Shown here: positions 62,514 to 64,000 of the stretch, in pieces
Position numbering within the stretch: position 1 is the stretch's first letter
Layout: each line of letters opens with the position of its first letter
Source: Bacteroidales bacterium UBA1800
Lineage (GTDB): Bacteria; Bacteroidota; Bacteroidia; Bacteroidales; VadinHA17
Assembly (NCBI GenBank): GCA_002319915.1
Contig: DCFQ01000021.1
Location: 47,643-111,642, forward strand
DNA length: 64,000 nucleotides
Direction of reading: 5' to 3'
The notes under the pieces: model-generated
What the model was told of the DNA's origin: nothing
Databases searched by the model: none
The model's input: only the letters and a program-made list of their open reading frames with translations
Translations under genes and position numbers: made by a program

Positions 62514-64000
62514 TTAATTAGCCAATGTTTCCGGCAGAACCAGCTTAATAAAATGAACCTGGCCGGCCGCATCACTTGCCATGATGGTGCGCCCATCAGA
62601 TGCAACCGTACAGGAAAGAAACTGCCAGTCACCGGTGAAAGATGCCAGGAAACGGGAAGATGTCAAATCCCACAGGATAATCTTATTATTCCATGCACAT
62701 GAGACAATTCTACCATTGGCTGAAACGGCAAGGGCCCTGGCGGTTCTGACAGGGCTTTGCTTTGAGTGAATGGGGCCGCTGGAGGATGAAAAATCACAAA
62801 TGATTCTTTTGACATTATCACCATATGGAACCTTATCAAACATCAGATTCCAAATCCATTTGAGGTCGTTGGACAAAGTCCACGGGACAGCCTTTTCAAC
62901 GGGCTTCTTCCTGGCAGCTTTGAGTCCAGTGGCATTACCTTCAATTTCATGCAGCAGCTTGCCGGAAGCGACATCCCACACCATTAAGGTCTCATTGTCA
63001 GCAACAAACAGCACCTTTCCGTCAGTTGTCGTTGCCAGTCCCACTGAAGTGGATTTGATATGTTCATAGCCATTGCCACTGTGCAAGGTATGAAGCAGGT
63101 TACCTGAAACGCCATCCCAAACATTGACGGTATAATCAACTGATGCGGACACAATGCTCCCGTCAGAAGCCACCTTCACGGCAGCAATCACCCGCTGATG
63201 GGCAAGTTCTTTCATATGCCGGATGAATTTGCCGGAATCAGGATCGAGTATTCCAAGCTTTAAATTGAATTCTTTCGGATATGGACAGACCACCTTGCCA
63301 TCCATTGTCAGATCCAGGCAAAGGAGATTGGAATTGCCAAAGATTTTTATGTTTTGAAGAAGCCTGCCTGAAGAAATGTCCCAGACTTTTATAAAATCTT
63401 CATACCCGCCTGTCACAAGAGCCTTGTCATCAGGCGTGATAACAATTGCCTCGACGTTATCGGAGTTGCCTTCGAGGATGCCGAGCATTCTGCCGGAATC
63501 AAGGTCCCAGACCCTGAGGGTGTTGTCGGTGCCGCCTGACACTGCTTTATCGCTGCCTGTAACTGCCAGCGCATTTATAATACCACTAAAGCTTTCAGTG
63601 GCGGACTTTAGTTTAACGGGGGACAAATCCCAAACCCGCAGGGTATGATCCATGGATCCTGACACCAGGTGTCCATCCGAAGTCATTGCCAGGTCAAAAA
63701 TAAATCCGATACGGAATACTTGACTATTCAGGAGTTTTCCGCTAGCTATGTCCCAGATCATAAACTTATCATTCGATCCTGAAACGACTTTACCGTCGTG
63801 GGTTGCTGCAACTGCTGTGACCGAATCCTTATGGCCTCTCAAAGTGCGGAGCAACCTGCCGGAAGCAATATCCCAAATCCTGACTGTTTGATCATTTGAG
63901 GCTGATATTGCCTTGCCGTCCTGAGTTGCAACAACTTTAAAAATGATGCCCGTATGTCCTCTCAGGCGCCGAAGCAGTTCCCCTGTATCCGGATCCCAGA
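62514..64000 (-). CDS. WD40-repeat protein, 5'-truncated by window edge
   Basis: It has many WD repeats (LRGH...SGS.D.T..VWD). The frame stays open from 63855 to 64000 (WDPDTGELLRRLRGHTGIIFKVVATQDGKAISASNDQTVRIWDIASGR), so the ORF-track start at 63854 is not the real start. Confidence 0.8.
   Translation of the reverse strand, partial: WDPDTGELLRRLRGHTGIIFKVVATQDGKAISASNDQTVRIWDIASGRLLRTLRGHKDSVTAVAATHDGKVVSGSNDKFMIWDIASGKLLNSQVFRIGFIFDLAMTSDGHLVSGSMDHTLRVWDLSPVKLKSATESFSGIINALAVTGSDKAVSGGTDNTLRVWDLDSGRMLGILEGNSDNVEAIVITPDDKALVTGGYEDFIKVWDISSGRLLQNIKIFGNSNLLCLDLTMDGKVVCPYPKEFNLKLGILDPDSGKFIRHMKELAHQRVIAAVKVASDGSIVSASVDYTVNVWDGVSGNLLHTLHSGNGYEHIKSTSVGLATTTDGKVLFVADNETLMVWDVASGKLLHEIEGNATGLKAARKKPVEKAVPWTLSNDLKWIWNLMFDKVPYGDNVKRIICDFSSSSGPIHSKQSPVRTARALAVSANGRIVSCAWNNKIILWDLTSSRFLASFTGDWQFLSCTVASDGRTIMASDAAGQVHFIKLVLPETLAN

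Noticed and set aside
62514-63854. ORF-track start (TTG at 63854) for the WD40 gene
   Set aside because: The reading frame stays open and keeps encoding WD repeats up to the window edge at 64000. The gene is therefore 5'-truncated by the window and does not start at 63854.

Overview
This is a 64-kb chromosomal segment of Bacteroidota type: two SusC/SusD pairs, an ECF sigma/FecR pair, TonB, and a T9SS type-B C-terminal sorting domain. All family calls come from reading motifs in the supplied translations and the raw DNA; no database search was run. I support about 45 CDSs and 2 tRNAs (Glu-UUC, Ala-GGC). I saw no rRNA, CRISPR array, transposase, integrase or phage genes.

Layout:
- 1-17.2 kb: an AT-rich minus-strand polysaccharide-utilisation-like locus. 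Order is ECF sigma, FecR anti-sigma, SusC with STN signalling domain, SusD, two tandem TAT-signal FAD oxidoreductases, GH29 fucosidase, M24 peptidase, creatininase-like protein, unknown protein, MFS transporter.
- 17.3-23.6 kb: GC-richer backbone carrying an odd Gly/Trp-tailed lipoprotein, a small OMP, glpD-glpK-glpF and a secreted cysteine hydrolase.
- 23.6-26.5 kb: a second AT-rich insert with two paralogous secreted barrel-like proteins, next to a lactonase gene relic.
- 26.6-30.2 kb: an exported lactonase, TIM-barrel and Gfo/Idh/MocA module.
- 30.8-34.0 kb: a CxxCH-bearing PD40 propeller lipoprotein overlapping a polytopic membrane protein.
- 34.3-39.3 kb: a stand-alone SusC/SusD pair.
- 39.9-41.4 kb: a fusion of a NapC/NirT-type tetraheme cytochrome with an FGE/SUMF1 domain.
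- 41.7-62.3 kb: housekeeping genes (class I fumarase, MBL hydrolase, PLD/Cls, Mpl-like ligase, tRNA-Glu, rpsT, radC, folK, sppA, lpxK, PNP, asd, hflX, tonB, tRNA-Ala) plus a T9SS lamin-tail-domain protein.
- 62.5 kb to the window edge: a truncated WD40-repeat protein.

Most interesting non-genic signal: the GC-rich backbone is peppered with more than 12 intergenic elements, and I saw none in the 17-kb AT-rich locus. They are built from phased 7-nt or 10-11-nt purine-rich modules (CGCAAAG, CACAAAG, CACTAAG, CACAGAG, CACGGAG, CAGGCNN, CAACCRG, CTGAAAC). The modules are often arranged as imperfect inverted arms. One copy carries a decayed GxxExxY (PD-(D/E)XK-like) ORF in its loop, and an 18-bp perfect palindrome recurs on both sides of radC.

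Three separate gene-tail relics (susD, fumarase, lactonase) document local duplication or insertion events.
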